64,000 nt of DNA from Dendrobates tinctorius (taxonomy: Eukaryota): positions 4,712,001 to 4,776,000 of the forward strand of contig NW_027361998.1 in the NCBI RefSeq assembly GCF_039654945.1, given 5' to 3'. A program made the position numbers and the translations under genes. Positions 62,600 through 64,000 of the stretch are shown here, one piece after another. Below the pieces are notes generated by a model. That model had not been told where the DNA came from and did not search any database. It saw nothing but the letters and a program-made list of their open reading frames with translations. Numbering within the stretch: position 1 is the stretch's first letter; each line of letters opens with the position of its first letter.

Positions 62600-62875
62600 T
62601 AGCGCTAACATTCTGCAGCGCTTTACAGTTTGCACACATTATCATCACTGTCCCCGATGGGGCTCACAATCTAAATTCTCTATCAGTATATCTTTGGAAT
62701 GTGGGAGGAAACCGGAGTACCCAGAGGAAACCCACGCAAACACGGGGAGAACATCCTGGTATGTATGGTACCCCTCATCCCCCAATCCTTGCAGATGTTG
62801 TCCTTGGTGGGATTCGAATCCAGGACTCCAGCGCTGCAAGGATGCAGTGCTATCCACTGAGCCACCGTGCTGCCC
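62600..62875 (-). mobile_element. tRNA-derived V-SINE-like element
   Basis: The minus strand has an A box GTGGCTCAGTGG, a B box GATTCGAATCC and a V-domain-like TTCTCCCCGTGTTTGCGTGGGTTTCCTCTGGGTACTCCGGTTTCCTCCCAC. Confidence 0.85.
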
Positions 62876-63338
62876 CATTGGTTAAAAAATAGCATATTTT
62901 TATCTATCAGTTGTGCGACTGGCGCAATCTGGGTAGAGAAAATCAAACGACAAAATTTACCGGTGGCAATAACTTTCATTAATCCGCTGTTGCAGTGTGT
63001 CAGCAAGGCAATATTTTAAAAAATCATAATTTTCTATAGGATTAATAAATAGCGTATCTATATCTAGCAGTTGGGCGACTGGTAGGTAGAGATAAATTAA
63101 GCAAACGTCAGTTTACCAGTGGCAACAATTTTGTTGGTGGTGCCGCCAAGGCCATGTGACAGATCCGAAGGTGATTGTATCTCATTCTAGCTTCCTGTCA
63201 AAATTTGGTCAGTACGCTACACCACTAGCGAACCCAGACAAGTGCGATGATGTTGTGGGTTGGATGACAGACAAAGGATCCAGTGTGTTAACAAGCAACA
63301 CCATGAAGTCTTCCACACGGTCCAGTTTCAGTAGGCAA

Positions 63339-63420
63339 TCATAGAATCGTAGAGTTGGAAGGGACCTCCTGGGCCATCTGGTCCAACCCCCTGCTCAAAG
63401 CAGGATTCGCTAAATCATCC
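63339..63420 (-). mobile_element. ~80-bp CR1 3' tip
   Basis: Nearly identical to 24267-24348, including the ATTCTATG tail. Confidence 0.85.
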
Positions 63421-63444
63421 AGAAAGAAAGGAAAGAAAGAACAG

Positions 63445-64000
63445 TGTCACGCCTGCCATGCCGCTTTGCCCCCAGTGCCGGGTCCCTGCGGGTGCCCTGG
63501 AGGTCTCTCATGCCTTATGCTGCAAGATCCCTGGAGCAGTGTGCACATGCACCTTGTGACTGTTGTGCTGCAAGATGCCTGGAGCAGTGTGCATGCGCAC
63601 CTCACCTCATGGCTGCATGCCGTGGCTGTGTGACCAGCTGTCTCTGCTCTGCCTGCGGCAATCCTTTGTGTTCGTTAAGACCCTGATCATGTGACCTTTC
63701 CAGCACTGTCTGATGTAGCAGTCCTCTCTGTGTTTCTGGAGCCCCTGATCATGTGACCTTTCCTATGTTCCAGTACTGTCTGACCCAGCTAACCTCTCAG
63801 TTTTTCTGGAGCCCCTGATCATGTGACCTTCTCTATGGTCCAGCCCAGTCTGATCTAGCAATGCTCTCTATGATCCTGCAGGAACTGAACTGGAAGTCCC
63901 CTCCTGGTCCTGACCCAGAAGTTCAGGTGCTAATGCCCTATATCAGACCACCCCTTCCTATGGTCGGGGCCTGAGTACCGTGTTGCTTCCCTGCATGGCT
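63445..64000 (+). mobile_element. Probable LTR start running out of the window
   Basis: TGTCAC start, short internal direct repeats (CCCTGATCATGTGACCTT x3) and a TATA-like motif near 63939. Confidence 0.45.

Larger units (their letters stand above)
60741..63338 (+). mobile_element. 5' part of another hAT element, interrupted by Helitron-like and SINE insertions
   Basis: It starts with TAGTGATGAGC plus TACTCG/ATTCG subterminal repeats and cuts the CR1 RT frame. The right boundary is uncertain. Confidence 0.55.

Noticed and set aside
62800-62875. tRNA gene
   Set aside because: The A and B boxes belong to the SINE head and continue into the SINE body and tail.

Overview
Eukaryotic, repeat-rich vertebrate DNA, most likely a frog (inferred from the TAS2R subtype and the transposon repertoire). 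It holds part of a bitter-taste receptor (TAS2R) cluster of three intronless + strand genes: two intact (6813-7721, 51842-52735) and one frameshifted pseudogene (14708-15615). Most of the rest is nested transposable elements: a decayed hAT element, several hAT/Harbinger/Kolobok-type MITEs, two Tc1-superfamily elements (one DD35E), three Ty3/gypsy chromoviruses plus solo LTRs, a DIRS remnant, CR1 LINEs, Penelope-like elements with hammerhead-like motifs, a V-SINE-like element and a Helitron-like minisatellite. One assembly gap lies at 58273-58476. Most notable: (1) all three TAS2R genes share a positionally fixed octamer / octamer-like GAGTAAT / TATA promoter cassette, a candidate POU2F3 module, and only the pseudogene has a mutated TATA; (2) the hAT element carries a decayed 18S rRNA fragment and an LTR start in its 3' arm, antisense to the transposase; (3) a 3.66-kb hAT-type element is essentially one giant palindrome with a 1-nt centre; (4) a chromovirus has a Tf1-like self-priming PBS; (5) one LTR family makes 6-bp TSDs. 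All calls were made by eye; no database searches were run.
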